Positions 48,155 to 58,606 of a stretch of DNA of 64,000 nucleotides are shown piece after piece. How positions within the stretch are numbered: position 1 is the stretch's first letter; each line of letters begins with the position of its first letter. This DNA is from Gammaproteobacteria bacterium (GTDB lineage: Bacteria; Pseudomonadota; Gammaproteobacteria; CBDBNL01; JAAOII01). Location of the stretch: assembly GCA_965207705.1 (NCBI GenBank), contig OZ242292.1, positions 1,545,309 through 1,609,308 on the forward strand. Direction: 5' to 3'. The notes below the pieces were generated by a model. It searched no databases. It was not told where the DNA came from and saw only the letters and a list, made by a program, of their open reading frames with translations. A program made the position numbers and the translations under genes.

Positions 48155-48492
48155 GTTCTACTAATCTCACTCGCAACGGTTTAGCCGACTGGTTGGTGCA
48201 GCGCTTTTCAGCTGTAATTTTACTGACTTTTATTTTGTGCATCACTGGCTTCTTAATTTATAATCCGCACCCCACTTATGCCGACTGGAGCGGGTACTTT
48301 GGACATATAGTAATAAAGATTTTCACTTTTATCGCTCTATTGGCTTTGTTGGGGCATATATGGGTTGGGATGTGGACAGTCATAACAGATTACATTCAAT
48401 CTACTCCCCTGCGTATATTCAAGTATAGCATGTTGGCTATATTCGTCTTGTCTATACTATTTTGGGTGGGACTAATTATTTTATCTTTATAA
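48151..48492 (+). CDS. sdhD: Succinate dehydrogenase hydrophobic membrane anchor subunit
   Basis: ATGA overlap with the sdhC stop, three TM helices, and position in the cluster. The ORF-track start at 48088 was rejected in favour of the coupled ATG. Confidence 0.75.
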   Translation: MSSTNLTRNGLADWLVQRFSAVILLTFILCITGFLIYNPHPTYADWSGYFGHIVIKIFTFIALLALLGHIWVGMWTVITDYIQSTPLRIFKYSMLAIFVLSILFWVGLIILSL

Positions 48493-48514
48493 CTATTCAC
48501 AATCTCTTATAACT

Positions 48515-50302
48515 ATGCCTCGTATCAATAAAGAATCTTTTGATGCTCTCATAATTGGCGGTGGCGGTTCGGGACTGCGCACTTCCTTGGAATTGGCAAA
48601 GTCAGGTTTGAAAACCGCAGTTCTTAGCAAAGTTTTCCCGACTAGGTCTCACACTGTATCCGCCCAAGGAGGCATTACTTGCGCCATTGCCAGTGACGAT
48701 CCTAATGATGATTGGCGCTGGCACATGTACGACACAGTCAAGGGTTCAGATTACATAGGAGACCAAGATGCCATTGAATATATGTGCAGCGAAGGACCGC
48801 AAACAGTTTTTGAACTGGAACACATGGGGCTGCCTTTTTCACGCAATGATGATGGCAGAATTTATCAACGTCCTTTCGGTGGACAGTCCAAGAACTTTGG
48901 CAAGGGCGGACAAGCATCTCGCACCTGCGCCGCAGCAGATCGCACTGGACATGCGTTATTACACACTTTATTCCAAAACAACATCAAACATGGCACCTAT
49001 TTTTTGAACGAATGGTTTGCCGTAGAGTTGGTTGTAAATGGAGATGGCAAGGTTAGTGGAGTTATTGCGATATGCATAGAAACGGGGGAAAGAGTATTCA
49101 TTCGCAGCCGTTCTTTGATTATGGCAACTGGCGGAGCAGGGCGGATATATCAGTCCACTACCAACGCTCATATCAACACTGGCGATGGCGTGGCTATGGC
49201 TTTGCGCGCTGGGTTTCCAGTGCAAGATATTGAGATGTGGCAGTTTCACCCCACTGGCATTTACGGCGCTGGAGTTTTGGTTACTGAAGGTTGTCGCGGA
49301 GAGGGCGGATACCTGCTCAATAGCGATGGCGAAAGATTTATGGAACGTTATGCCCCTAATGCTAAGGACTTGGCGGGGCGCGATGTGGTTGCTCGTTCTA
49401 TTATGAAGGAAGTTATTGAAGGTCGCGGAGTGGGAGATAAAAAAGACCATGTCTATCTCAAGCTTGACCACCTGGGAGCAGAAACCCTGCATAGCCGTTT
49501 GCCTGGTATAGTTGAATTATCTAAAACCTTCGCTCATGTTGACCCAGTTGAAGCACCAGTGCCAGTTATACCAACCTGTCATTATATGATGGGTGGAATC
49601 CCCACCAATATCCATGGGCAGGCGCTCATGCCTTCTAAAGACAGCAGAAAAACTGGAGACGAGAAAGTAATTGATGGTTTGTATGCAGTGGGCGAGTCCG
49701 CTTGTGTTTCGGTGCATGGCGCTAACCGTTTAGGCGGCAACTCTTTACTGGACTTAGTGGTCTTTGGTCGTGCCGCGGGAATGTTCATCGCCAAATCACT
49801 GCAAGAGAGCGCCACAGATAAAGAGCCCACAGATGACGATATAGATAAGGCATGCGCTAGATTAAACAGATGGGATAAAAGCTCGCAAGGCGAACAACCC
49901 TTTACAGTGCGCTCCGATTTGCAGGAAATAATGCAAAAACACTTTGGCGTGTTTAGGCGGGGAGATGTTATGAAAGATGGCGTTAAAAGGTTAAAGCAAT
50001 TACAAGAAAGATTGGAGAATGGTTGCTATGTTGCTGATAAGAGCAAGGTTTTTAATACTGCATTGCTTGAGGCATTGGAACTGGACAACCTATTTGAAGT
50101 GGCGCTTGCAACTGCAATTGCAGCCGAGCAACGCGCCGAGAGTCGCGGCGCTCACGCCCGTGAAGATTACCCTGATAGGGATGATAAGAATTGGTTGGCG
50201 CACTCCATCTATTATAGAGGTTCGGATAAGTTGAGTAAGCGAGCAGTAAATATGAAGCCCCAGACGGTTCCAACATTTGAACCACAAATAAGAACCTACT
50301 AA
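48515..50302 (+). CDS. sdhA: Succinate dehydrogenase flavoprotein subunit
   Basis: FAD-binding GGGGSGLR and the His for covalent FAD in [10 protein letters not shown]; full-length SdhA. Confidence 0.95.
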   Translation: MPRINKESFDALIIGGGGSGLRTSLELAKSGLKTAVLSKVFPTRSHTVSAQGGITCAIASDDPNDDWRWHMYDTVKGSDYIGDQDAIEYMCSEGPQTVFELEHMGLPFSRNDDGRIYQRPFGGQSKNFGKGGQASRTCAAADRTGHALLHTLFQNNIKHGTYFLNEWFAVELVVNGDGKVSGVIAICIETGERVFIRSRSLIMATGGAGRIYQSTTNAHINTGDGVAMALRAGFPVQDIEMWQFHPTGIYGAGVLVTEGCRGEGGYLLNSDGERFMERYAPNAKDLAGRDVVARSIMKEVIEGRGVGDKKDHVYLKLDHLGAETLHSRLPGIVELSKTFAHVDPVEAPVPVIPTCHYMMGGIPTNIHGQALMPSKDSRKTGDEKVIDGLYAVGESACVSVHGANRLGGNSLLDLVVFGRAAGMFIAKSLQESATDKEPTDDDIDKACARLNRWDKSSQGEQPFTVRSDLQEIMQKHFGVFRRGDVMKDGVKRLKQLQERLENGCYVADKSKVFNTALLEALELDNLFEVALATAIAAEQRAESRGAHAREDYPDRDDKNWLAHSIYYRGSDKLSKRAVNMKPQTVPTFEPQIRTY

Positions 50303-50344
50303 TTGAATACACTTATATAAGTTTAGATAACAAGTTTAGATAAT

Positions 50345-51055
50345 ATGTTACAAGTTGAAGTTTACAGATACGAACCGCAAGCGGATGAGAAGCCCTATAT
50401 GGAAACAGTGGAAGTTACTATTCCTGAAGGCAAAGATTTAATGGTACTTGATGTCCTGCATCTGGTAAAAGAGCAAAAGATTTCATCTTTGGCGTTTAGA
50501 CGTTCCTGTCGCGAGGGTGTCTGCGGTTCTGATGGGATGAATATAAATGGCAAGAACGCCCTTGCTTGCACAACTCCTTTATCCGCAGTGGTTAAAAGGA
50601 ACAAACTTTCGTTGCGTCCTTTACCTGGTCTGCCAGTAGTGCGTGACTTAGTGGTGGATCTGGAACCCTTTTATAAACAGTATACCAAGATTAAACCATA
50701 TTTGATAAACGATGAGCCCACCAGCGGCATGGAACGTTTGCAATCGCCTGCTGACAGAGAAAAGCTGGATGGATTATATGAGTGTATACTCTGCGCTTGC
50801 TGCTCCAGCGCATGTCCTTCTTTCTGGTGGAACCCAGATAAATTTGTAGGACCTGCGGGCTTGTTGCAGGCATATAGATTTTTGGCAGACAGCAGAGATA
50901 AAGCTACGGCGAGCCGTCTTAAAGATTTAGAAGACCCTTATAGTGTGTTTAGATGTCGCGGCATTATGAATTGCGTTCATGTTTGTCCCAAAGGATTAAA
51001 CCCTACTCGGGCAATTGGTAAAATTAAACAAATGCTGGTTAGTCATGACAATTAA
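50345..51055 (+). CDS. sdhB: Succinate dehydrogenase iron-sulfur subunit
   Basis: 2Fe-2S CRE.VCGSD, and CILCACCSSACP / CRGIMNCVHVCP clusters. Confidence 0.95.
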   Translation: MLQVEVYRYEPQADEKPYMETVEVTIPEGKDLMVLDVLHLVKEQKISSLAFRRSCREGVCGSDGMNINGKNALACTTPLSAVVKRNKLSLRPLPGLPVVRDLVVDLEPFYKQYTKIKPYLINDEPTSGMERLQSPADREKLDGLYECILCACCSSACPSFWWNPDKFVGPAGLLQAYRFLADSRDKATASRLKDLEDPYSVFRCRGIMNCVHVCPKGLNPTRAIGKIKQMLVSHDN

Positions 51056-51341
51056 ATACCTATTATTTTTTAGCGCTTTAATTTTTACGCTGGTTGGCTG
51101 TGCTGGCAGGACCAGCGGAGAACTATTCCCTATTAACAATATAAAGGAGGTCTATGTTGAGATGCCTGCGCAAGAAGTCCTTGAAGTTTTAGGCGAACCC
51201 TATATTCGCGAACCATATATAGGAGGAGAGAAATTAATTTGGTCTTATTCCACTAAGAAATTTGACCATACTTTTGTTGTTACAATTGAAGAAGGCGTGG
51301 TGCGTTCGTTGAGTGAATATAAGGACCATAGTCACCGCTAA
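51045..51341 (+). CDS. Small hypothetical lipoprotein between sdhB and sucA
   Basis: The ATG overlaps the sdhB stop. Signal peptide with lipobox LVGC. 98 aa. Confidence 0.4.
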   Translation: MTIKYLLFFSALIFTLVGCAGRTSGELFPINNIKEVYVEMPAQEVLEVLGEPYIREPYIGGEKLIWSYSTKKFDHTFVVTIEEGVVRSLSEYKDHSHR

Positions 51342-51402
51342 TTTTATAGCAAACCCGCCTCTGATACAGAGAGATTTTTATTAGTTTTTTAAGCAAGGAA
51401 AC

Positions 51403-54351
51403 ATGAAAGATATAAAAAATCAAGACGTAGAAACCGCGCAAGAAGCGGTTCCCGTCGCCCCTGCCTCGCCTCTTGGCGAGGAGACATCACATCTTTGTGG
51501 TGGCAATCTTCATTACATAGAAGAGCTTTACGATAGATACTTAGAAAATAACCAAGGAGTAGACGAACAATGGGCTGCGTATTTCACTTCTTTGCCCCAA
51601 GTGAATGGTCAGCTGAATGGTCGCGCTGAGGAGTTCTCGCATCAAGGATTTATGACTGACTTGCAGCAGTTAAGTATTGCGGGATTAAAAAGAAACGGGG
51701 GAGGAGTTCCTGTTGTTTCCTCTTCCGCTCCTGTCGCTAATGTTAGGGCTGGAGCAGCTGCGGAGGAGATCACTAAACAGAACAAATTTGATGCATTAGT
51801 GCAGGCATATCGTGTTTACGGACACAAGAAGGCAAAAATTAACCCATTAGAGTGCAAAAGCAGAGCTGATGACAGGGAACTAAAACTTGAAGGTTATGGG
51901 CTTAACTCAGCAGATCTTGACAAGGAATTTAAATCTAATCGCACCTATTTTGGCAAGGATAGAATGACTCTGCGCGAAAGTATTGAACTGCTGGAGCGCA
52001 CCTATTGCTCTTCTTTGGGCGTTGAGTTTATGTATCTCAGTGATAAGAGTAAAAAAGAATGGTTTATGGATAAGTTGGAATCGTGCAAGGGGAATTTCAA
52101 CTTTGACAATGAAACGAAAATGCGCTTAATGGAAAGGTTGGTGGCAGCTGGGGGGTTGGAGTCCTCATTAGCTACCAAGTACCCTGGCACTAAACGTTTT
52201 GGTTTGGAAGGCGGAGAGGCGTTAATTCCTATGACCGATGAACTCGCGCAGTACGCTGGTTCGCTTAATGTTAAGGAAATTGTCATAGCTATGGCGCATC
52301 GCGGGCGGCTTAATATGTTAGTCAATATTTTAGGCAAAAAGCCAACTTCGCTGTTTGATGAATTTGAAGGCAAGTTTAGCTTTACCAGTGATGAATACTT
52401 TGGCGATGTTAAATATCATCAGGGCTTTTCTTGTAATATAAAGACCAGTGGAGGAGAAATACACATGGCTCTGGCATTTAACCCCTCGCATCTTGAAATC
52501 GTTTCACCTGTGGCAGAGGGCTCAGTGCGCGCCCGCCAAGATAGGCGCGGTGATATGGTAGGAGATAAGGTTATTCCAGTAGTTATTCATGGGGATGCGG
52601 CTTTTTCAGGACAGGGAGTTGTCACGGAAACCTTGCAGATGTCTCAGCTTAAGGGCTTCAAGACCGGCGGGACTATCCATATTATTATTAATAATCAGAT
52701 TGGCTTTACTGTGAGCCATGTAGGCGATGCTCGCTCTACCGAATATTCCAGCGATGTGGCAAAAATCATAGAAGCGCCTATACTCCATGTTAATGGCGAT
52801 GACCCAGAAGCAGTTATATTTGCCACCCGCTTAGCATTGGAATATAGAATGAAATACCATAGTGATGTGGTTTTAGATCTAATGTGTTATCGGCGTCATG
52901 GACATAACGAAGCGGACGAGCCAGCTATAACCCAGCCAATGATGTATAAGGAAATTAAGAAACATCCTACCCCTGCGGATATCTATGCGGATAAACTAAT
53001 AGCGCAAGGGCTATTAACTCAAGAAGGGTATGGCGAAATGAAAGAGGAGTATCGCCGCCATCTGGATAATGGCGACCATGTTTCGCTTAGCTTGGCAAGC
53101 AAACCAGACACAAAATTATTTGTTGATTGGGACCCCTATTTAGGGCATGAGTGGGAGAACTATTTTGATACTTCTATCAGTAAAAAGAAATTGCAAGCAT
53201 TAGGTGAAAAAATGGCGCAGCTGCCCAAAGAACTATCAGTTCACCGCCAGGTTGCTAAAGCACTTAAGGATAGAGAGGAAATGCTTGCTGGCACAAAACC
53301 AGTTGATTGGGGCTATGCGGAATTGTTGGCTTACGCCACTTTGGTAAAAGAAGGATATGCAGTGCGTATGAGCGGTCAGGATTCGCGACGCGGCACATTT
53401 TCTCATCGCCAGGCAGTGCTGCATGACCAAGAGTCGGGCGAGAGTTATTGCCCGTTACAGCATATTGATAAAAAACAAGCAAGATTTCAAATATACGATT
53501 CTTTCTTATCAGAAGAGGCGGTGATGGCTTTTGAGTATGGCTATGCCGCCACCGACCCCCGTTCGTTGGTTTTGTGGGAGGCACAATTTGGCGACTTTGC
53601 CAATGGAGCCCAGGTGGTCATAGACCAGTTTCTTTCCAGTGGCGAGACCAAGTGGCAAAGGTTATGCGGTTTGGTTTTGTTATTGCCGCATGGCTATGAA
53701 GGGCAGGGACCCGAGCATTCTTCGGCGCGTTTGGAGAGGTTCTTGCAATTGAGCGCTGATAATAATATGCAGGTTTGTGTTCCCTCCACGGCGGGACAGG
53801 TGTTCCACATGTTAAGGCGGCAAATAATCAGGCCGCTAAGAAAGCCCTTAGTAGTGATGATGCCAAAGAGTTTATTGCGTAAAGAGATATCGGCTTCACC
53901 CTTAGACGAATTATGCGAAGGGCATTTTATGCCGATAATCAAGGAAAGTGATAAGTCAATCAAACGTTCCCGTGTTGAACGTGTAATTCTTTGCAGCGGC
54001 AAACTCTATTATGAATTATTAGCTCATAGAAAGGAAAATAATCTTAAGGATGTTGCAATAGTGCGTGTTGAACAGTTGTATCCATTTCCCCATCAAGAGT
54101 TGGCGGATGAACTGAAAAAATATAAGCGAGTAGAATATCTTGTTTGGAGCCAAGAAGAACCTATGAACCAAGGAGCATGGTATAGCAGCAAACACCATCT
54201 GGAGATAATCCAACGCACGATATTTCCTAAGGCGCAGTTGCTTTTTAGCGGGCGTCCCCATGCGGCATCTCCCGCTGCTGGCTACATGGCTTTGCATAAC
54301 AGATTACAATTAAAATTGGTTGATGATGCTTTTGAGCTCACATCTCATTAA
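51403..54351 (+). CDS. sucA: 2-oxoglutarate dehydrogenase E1 component
   Basis: Full-length collinearity with SucA (TPP-binding GDAAFSGQG, HGYEGQGPEHSS). Confidence 0.95.
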   Translation: MKDIKNQDVETAQEAVPVAPASPLGEETSHLCGGNLHYIEELYDRYLENNQGVDEQWAAYFTSLPQVNGQLNGRAEEFSHQGFMTDLQQLSIAGLKRNGGGVPVVSSSAPVANVRAGAAAEEITKQNKFDALVQAYRVYGHKKAKINPLECKSRADDRELKLEGYGLNSADLDKEFKSNRTYFGKDRMTLRESIELLERTYCSSLGVEFMYLSDKSKKEWFMDKLESCKGNFNFDNETKMRLMERLVAAGGLESSLATKYPGTKRFGLEGGEALIPMTDELAQYAGSLNVKEIVIAMAHRGRLNMLVNILGKKPTSLFDEFEGKFSFTSDEYFGDVKYHQGFSCNIKTSGGEIHMALAFNPSHLEIVSPVAEGSVRARQDRRGDMVGDKVIPVVIHGDAAFSGQGVVTETLQMSQLKGFKTGGTIHIIINNQIGFTVSHVGDARSTEYSSDVAKIIEAPILHVNGDDPEAVIFATRLALEYRMKYHSDVVLDLMCYRRHGHNEADEPAITQPMMYKEIKKHPTPADIYADKLIAQGLLTQEGYGEMKEEYRRHLDNGDHVSLSLASKPDTKLFVDWDPYLGHEWENYFDTSISKKKLQALGEKMAQLPKELSVHRQVAKALKDREEMLAGTKPVDWGYAELLAYATLVKEGYAVRMSGQDSRRGTFSHRQAVLHDQESGESYCPLQHIDKKQARFQIYDSFLSEEAVMAFEYGYAATDPRSLVLWEAQFGDFANGAQVVIDQFLSSGETKWQRLCGLVLLLPHGYEGQGPEHSSARLERFLQLSADNNMQVCVPSTAGQVFHMLRRQIIRPLRKPLVVMMPKSLLRKEISASPLDELCEGHFMPIIKESDKSIKRSRVERVILCSGKLYYELLAHRKENNLKDVAIVRVEQLYPFPHQELADELKKYKRVEYLVWSQEEPMNQGAWYSSKHHLEIIQRTIFPKAQLLFSGRPHAASPAAGYMALHNRLQLKLVDDAFELTSH

Positions 54352-54373
54352 CTACTAAACTTAAAATTAAATT

Positions 54374-55708
54374 ATGGATATAAAAGTTCCTCCATTTCCC
54401 GAATCAGTAGATGACGGAGAAATATCAGCATGGCGTAAAAAAGAAGGCGAAAGCTTTAGTCGCGATGAAGTGCTGGTTGAAATAGAAACCGATAAGGTAG
54501 TCCTGGAAATACCTGCACCCCAAGCAGGAACTCTCACCAAGATAACAGTTAAAGAAGGCGCAACAGTTAAAGCTAATCAAGTAATAGGTACTTTTAGCGA
54601 AGGCGAAGCTGATGCGGCAGGCGATACAGCAGATGAGGGGAAATCATCATCCGCCGCTTCTGCAAATAAAGCGGAGACATCGGCATCAAGCCCTGCAAGC
54701 AAATCTGCAACCAAATCAACAAGCAAATCAGCACCGGCCTCTGTAGAAGAAGATGCGCAAACAACATCTCCCGCCACTAAGCATAATGCCACTAAACATA
54801 ATGGAGGAGGAACCAAAGCGGGACCTGCAGCGCGCCGTTTAGCGCAAGAAAAAGGAGTTAATTTAGCAGATATTGCCAAAAGCGCAAAAGGCATAAAAGG
54901 AGGAGAATTGGTCACCAAGCAGGATGTAGCTGAGTTTACCTCCAAATCTGCAACGTCACAATCATCTCAACCCCAAGGAATAGGGCAATCTGCTGTTGCA
55001 AGCGAAAGAGTACAAAAACGGGTGCCGATGACCCGCTTGCGTGCCAGCGTTGCCAAACGTTTAGTTGAATCACAACAAACGGCAGCCATGCTGACTACTT
55101 TTAATGAAGTTAATATGGCGCCGATAATGGAACTACGTTCCAAATATAAGAAGGCATTTGAAGAAAAGCACCTCGGGACTCGCTTAGGATTTATGTCCTT
55201 TTTTGTCAAGGGTACAGTCCTCGCATTAACCAAATACCCGGAAGTTAATGCTTATATAGAGGGAACTGATATTGTTTATCATAGCTATTATGATGTGGGA
55301 ATTGCAGTTTCTTCGCCACGCGGACTTGTCGTGCCAATTTTACGCGATGCCCAGCTTATGAATTTGGTGGATATTGAACAGCAAATTAATGAATATGCGG
55401 CAAAGGCGCAAGACGGCAAACTGATGTTAGAAGAATTGCAGGGAGGTACTTTTACTATATCCAATGGTGGAGTGTTTGGTTCTTTATTATCAACACCAAT
55501 TATCAATCCCCCGCAAACAGCTATCTTGGGAATGCATAAAATTCAGGAAAGACCTGTCGCTGTCAAGGGCAAGGTGGAGATATTACCGATGATGTATTTA
55601 GCGCTATCTTACGACCACCGCATGATTGATGGCAAAACCGCCGTTCAATTCTTATCAGCAATCAAGGACTTTTTGGAAAACCCTGGACTTATTCTGCTTG
55701 ACCTGTAA
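54374..55708 (+). CDS. sucB: Dihydrolipoyllysine-residue succinyltransferase (E2)
   Basis: Lipoyl domain [11 protein letters not shown]-rich linker, E3-binding domain, and the catalytic DHRMIDG. Confidence 0.9.
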   Translation: MDIKVPPFPESVDDGEISAWRKKEGESFSRDEVLVEIETDKVVLEIPAPQAGTLTKITVKEGATVKANQVIGTFSEGEADAAGDTADEGKSSSAASANKAETSASSPASKSATKSTSKSAPASVEEDAQTTSPATKHNATKHNGGGTKAGPAARRLAQEKGVNLADIAKSAKGIKGGELVTKQDVAEFTSKSATSQSSQPQGIGQSAVASERVQKRVPMTRLRASVAKRLVESQQTAAMLTTFNEVNMAPIMELRSKYKKAFEEKHLGTRLGFMSFFVKGTVLALTKYPEVNAYIEGTDIVYHSYYDVGIAVSSPRGLVVPILRDAQLMNLVDIEQQINEYAAKAQDGKLMLEELQGGTFTISNGGVFGSLLSTPIINPPQTAILGMHKIQERPVAVKGKVEILPMMYLALSYDHRMIDGKTAVQFLSAIKDFLENPGLILLDL

Positions 55709-55715
55709 TCGCTAA

Positions 55716-58373
55716 GTGAAACACTCCACACACCACTTGCTCCCCCACTCTTTGCTTCCGCTATTGCGTTTATTTAAGTTTATCTTTGCGCTGGCTTTTA
55801 TCATTTTTCTCGCCGCCTGCACTGATGATAAAGACGATGCTAAAACAGATCCACAACAACCCGACTCATCTACAATTCCTGGGGTTCCTGATGCGCCGCG
55901 TGTTGAAGCCATTAATTCAACTGCCATAGATATATCCTGGAATATGGTCAGCGGCGCAACCTACTATGAAATATGGCAGAACGGGACAAGAATTGGGCGC
56001 GACATAACCTTGCTTGCCGCTACAGACGTTGAGCTAATTCCAAATACCTTATATAACTACAGCATCAAGGCATGCAATACTTCTGGCTGCTCTGCGCTAT
56101 CTGTCGTTGCTTCCGCCAGGACTCCGGCTACCGACTCAGTCATCCCGAGCAAGCCCCTCGCTCCGACAGTAACTGCCATTAATTCAACTGCCATAGATAT
56201 ATCCTGGAATATGGTCAGCGGCGCAACCTACTATGAAATATGGCAAAACGGGACAAGAATTGGGCGCGATATAACCTCGCTTGCCGCTAAAGACATTGAG
56301 CTAATTCCAAATACTTTATATAGCTACAGCATCAAGGCATGCAATACTTCTGGCTGCTCTGCGCTATCTGTCGTTGCTTCCATTAGGACTCCGGCTACCG
56401 AGTCAGTTACACCGGACCCGAAATCCGTGCCAGCTACTCCTGGCAAACCTGTTGTTACGGCTATAAGTCCAAATTCCCTAAATATATCTTGGGACACTGT
56501 AACAGGAGCCAGCATATATAAGGTTACCCAAGTTATTCCTCCACGAACAATACCATTTGATAACATTAATGCCCCGCAGACCTATAGACAAACAACGAGC
56601 TTATCATCTGGCACCACGTACGGTTACACCGTTCAGGCATGTAATGTCGCGAGTGTTTGCTCTGAGCCGTCTGTTCCTGCTTATGGCACGACTCACCCCA
56701 CTGCTCCCATCCGCCCCAGTCCCGTTAAAGTCGTTGCGCTGAGCTCAACTTCTTTGAGAATATCTTGGGAGAGTATAGCTAACGCTGCTTATTATGAAAT
56801 ATTTAACGCAACTGAACAACCGCAAACATTAATCGCTAATATTTCTGCTCCACTTACCAGTCACATCATTGATGGTTTGATAGAAATAACTAGATACACC
56901 TATCACATCAGGGCTTGTAATAGGGCGGGATGTGGGGGATATGCATCTAACTCTGCCACCACTAGCACAGATAATTTTGCCGCCCCTAAAATCCGAGCAG
57001 TAAGAGCGAATCCTCCGTTTGCCTTGAATATATCCTGGCAGAGTCAAGATGATATTCATTACTATCAAGTCGTCAGTGACCGTTTCCCTGTTATCAGAGT
57101 TGATGCCCCTACTAACTATACAGTAGTTACAGAGCTATTACCCGGTACTATATACTATTACACTATTAGATCATGTATTACGGATAGTAGCTGTAAAGAA
57201 TCTTATCAGGGTTCTGGCATAACCTCCTCATTGTCACACGTCACAGTGAAGCTTGCTTGGGTTGACCAGTTAGAACTTCCCGCTTTCAATGGCTATATGG
57301 GTATATTAGATGATGATGCTTCAGTAATTCCTCCAATGTTGGTTGCCCCGGTTGATGACCCCGCTCGGCAATCTGTGTACATAGATTCTTTGGCTTCTCG
57401 TTTAAGTTTGGTTGGAGTCAGTTTTGATACCGCTGACCCAGTGAGTGAGTCCAACCTCAACGGAACTAATTTCCTTGAGACCAAGTTCTCATTAGCAGAT
57501 GCAAATTTATTCAATAGTGGTTGGGATGAAGACCATAGATTTGCGCGCCTTCTCAGTAAAGTTGCTGGCGGAGTATTCTTTGCTAACACAAATAGCTCTG
57601 ATATTAATGCAGCTGTGGTTAGCCCAGCAAATAGAATGGACTTGCAAAGCGCTGGTGTTGAACGTTATTTAAGATTGGCTGCGGGAGGGGATAACGCTTA
57701 TAGTACTGGCGCGCAAAATGCTGTTTTGGGCTATGCCTCTACTCTTCCGCTGCGTGCCCGCTATAACAGCACAGTGCAGCGTGCCAATAAAGATGAAATT
57801 AACGCTATTGACGACTTAATTGCTGTAAACATATCTGGGGTTACCGAAGATGTTACCGTTGTAGCGAGAATGTGCGCTCTGCCTGGTTTTAGCAGAGATA
57901 GTGATAATATTACCTGTGCCCAACCCGCTTTGCCAGTCGCAATGGAGTTATCAAATATATTATTGCTTGACGGCTACTGGAAAGCCCCAGTGGATGTAGA
58001 AGCAAATTGTCTTGGTGGTGCGTTTGATCCTGCCAGCCATTTTTGTGATATTCAAGGAAGGACTCAACCAGCACTTAACCCTGCTACAAATATGCCCTTT
58101 GGTAGCGTAACTAATGTTACTGCAGCACAAGAAAATAGAGTTATCCCTCTTTATATAAGACAGTATATTAATAGACGCGCTTATTTTGCCGCCCAAAGCA
58201 TTGATACTTATATAGAGAGTGGCGCAGAGGGTAGCGCAGGAATTACCAAACTAGCTGATGATGATTCATTAAACGAAGATGCTTATTATCTAATAACTGT
58301 TCAGGCATTGAACTCTGAAGGCACTCGCGTAAGCAACCAACTCAAGATGATATTTGAGACCAAAGTAGAATAG
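55716..58373 (+). CDS. Large lipoprotein with multiple fibronectin type III-like repeats, including two nearly identical tandem copies. The start is uncertain (GTG at 55716 or TTG at 55764).
   Basis: Lipobox LAAC. The repeated module ...VEAINSTAIDISWNMVSGATYYEIWQNGTRIGRDIT...YSIKACNTSGCSALSV appears twice at more than 90% nucleotide identity. Further degenerate ISW...YY..Y...AC repeats follow. Confidence 0.65.
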   Translation: MKHSTHHLLPHSLLPLLRLFKFIFALAFIIFLAACTDDKDDAKTDPQQPDSSTIPGVPDAPRVEAINSTAIDISWNMVSGATYYEIWQNGTRIGRDITLLAATDVELIPNTLYNYSIKACNTSGCSALSVVASARTPATDSVIPSKPLAPTVTAINSTAIDISWNMVSGATYYEIWQNGTRIGRDITSLAAKDIELIPNTLYSYSIKACNTSGCSALSVVASIRTPATESVTPDPKSVPATPGKPVVTAISPNSLNISWDTVTGASIYKVTQVIPPRTIPFDNINAPQTYRQTTSLSSGTTYGYTVQACNVASVCSEPSVPAYGTTHPTAPIRPSPVKVVALSSTSLRISWESIANAAYYEIFNATEQPQTLIANISAPLTSHIIDGLIEITRYTYHIRACNRAGCGGYASNSATTSTDNFAAPKIRAVRANPPFALNISWQSQDDIHYYQVVSDRFPVIRVDAPTNYTVVTELLPGTIYYYTIRSCITDSSCKESYQGSGITSSLSHVTVKLAWVDQLELPAFNGYMGILDDDASVIPPMLVAPVDDPARQSVYIDSLASRLSLVGVSFDTADPVSESNLNGTNFLETKFSLADANLFNSGWDEDHRFARLLSKVAGGVFFANTNSSDINAAVVSPANRMDLQSAGVERYLRLAAGGDNAYSTGAQNAVLGYASTLPLRARYNSTVQRANKDEINAIDDLIAVNISGVTEDVTVVARMCALPGFSRDSDNITCAQPALPVAMELSNILLLDGYWKAPVDVEANCLGGAFDPASHFCDIQGRTQPALNPATNMPFGSVTNVTAAQENRVIPLYIRQYINRRAYFAAQSIDTYIESGAEGSAGITKLADDDSLNEDAYYLITVQALNSEGTRVSNQLKMIFETKVE

Positions 58374-58475
58374 CCACACTCCGCCCGCAAGATGCCTAAT
58401 ACTTGCGATAAATCATAACCATGCTCGCGATGAAATCCTGCATGACGTCCAAATTCTTGCCCCGCTCGCAAGCTA
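58374..58475 (+). repeat. REP-like element (truncated unit with one half of the palindrome)
   Basis: CTCCGCCCGCAAGATGCCTAATACTTGCGATAAATCATAACCATGCTCGCGATG... directly after the FN3 lipoprotein stop codon. Confidence 0.75.
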
Positions 58476-58606
58476 CTCACCCCATAAACAAAACTAAGGT
58501 AATTTACCCCTTGAATTAATAATAAAAGCCCTTATAAAGAATATTAACAATAAGAATTACTGTGTTAAGGAAAAGCGCTTATATATTTAATAAAGTAGAT
58601 AATGTA

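Noticed and set aside
48768-50312. Several 65-175-aa ORFs antisense to or out of frame within sdhA (for example 48968..49492(-) and 49582..49830(-))
   Set aside because: They are nested in a very strongly supported flavoprotein CDS and are typical spurious ORFs of GC-richer coding sequence.
54640-54840. A/S/K-rich low-complexity segment in sucB, considered as another repeat insertion
   Set aside because: This is the normal flexible Ala/Pro/Ser-rich linker between the lipoyl, E3-binding and catalytic domains of E2 proteins.
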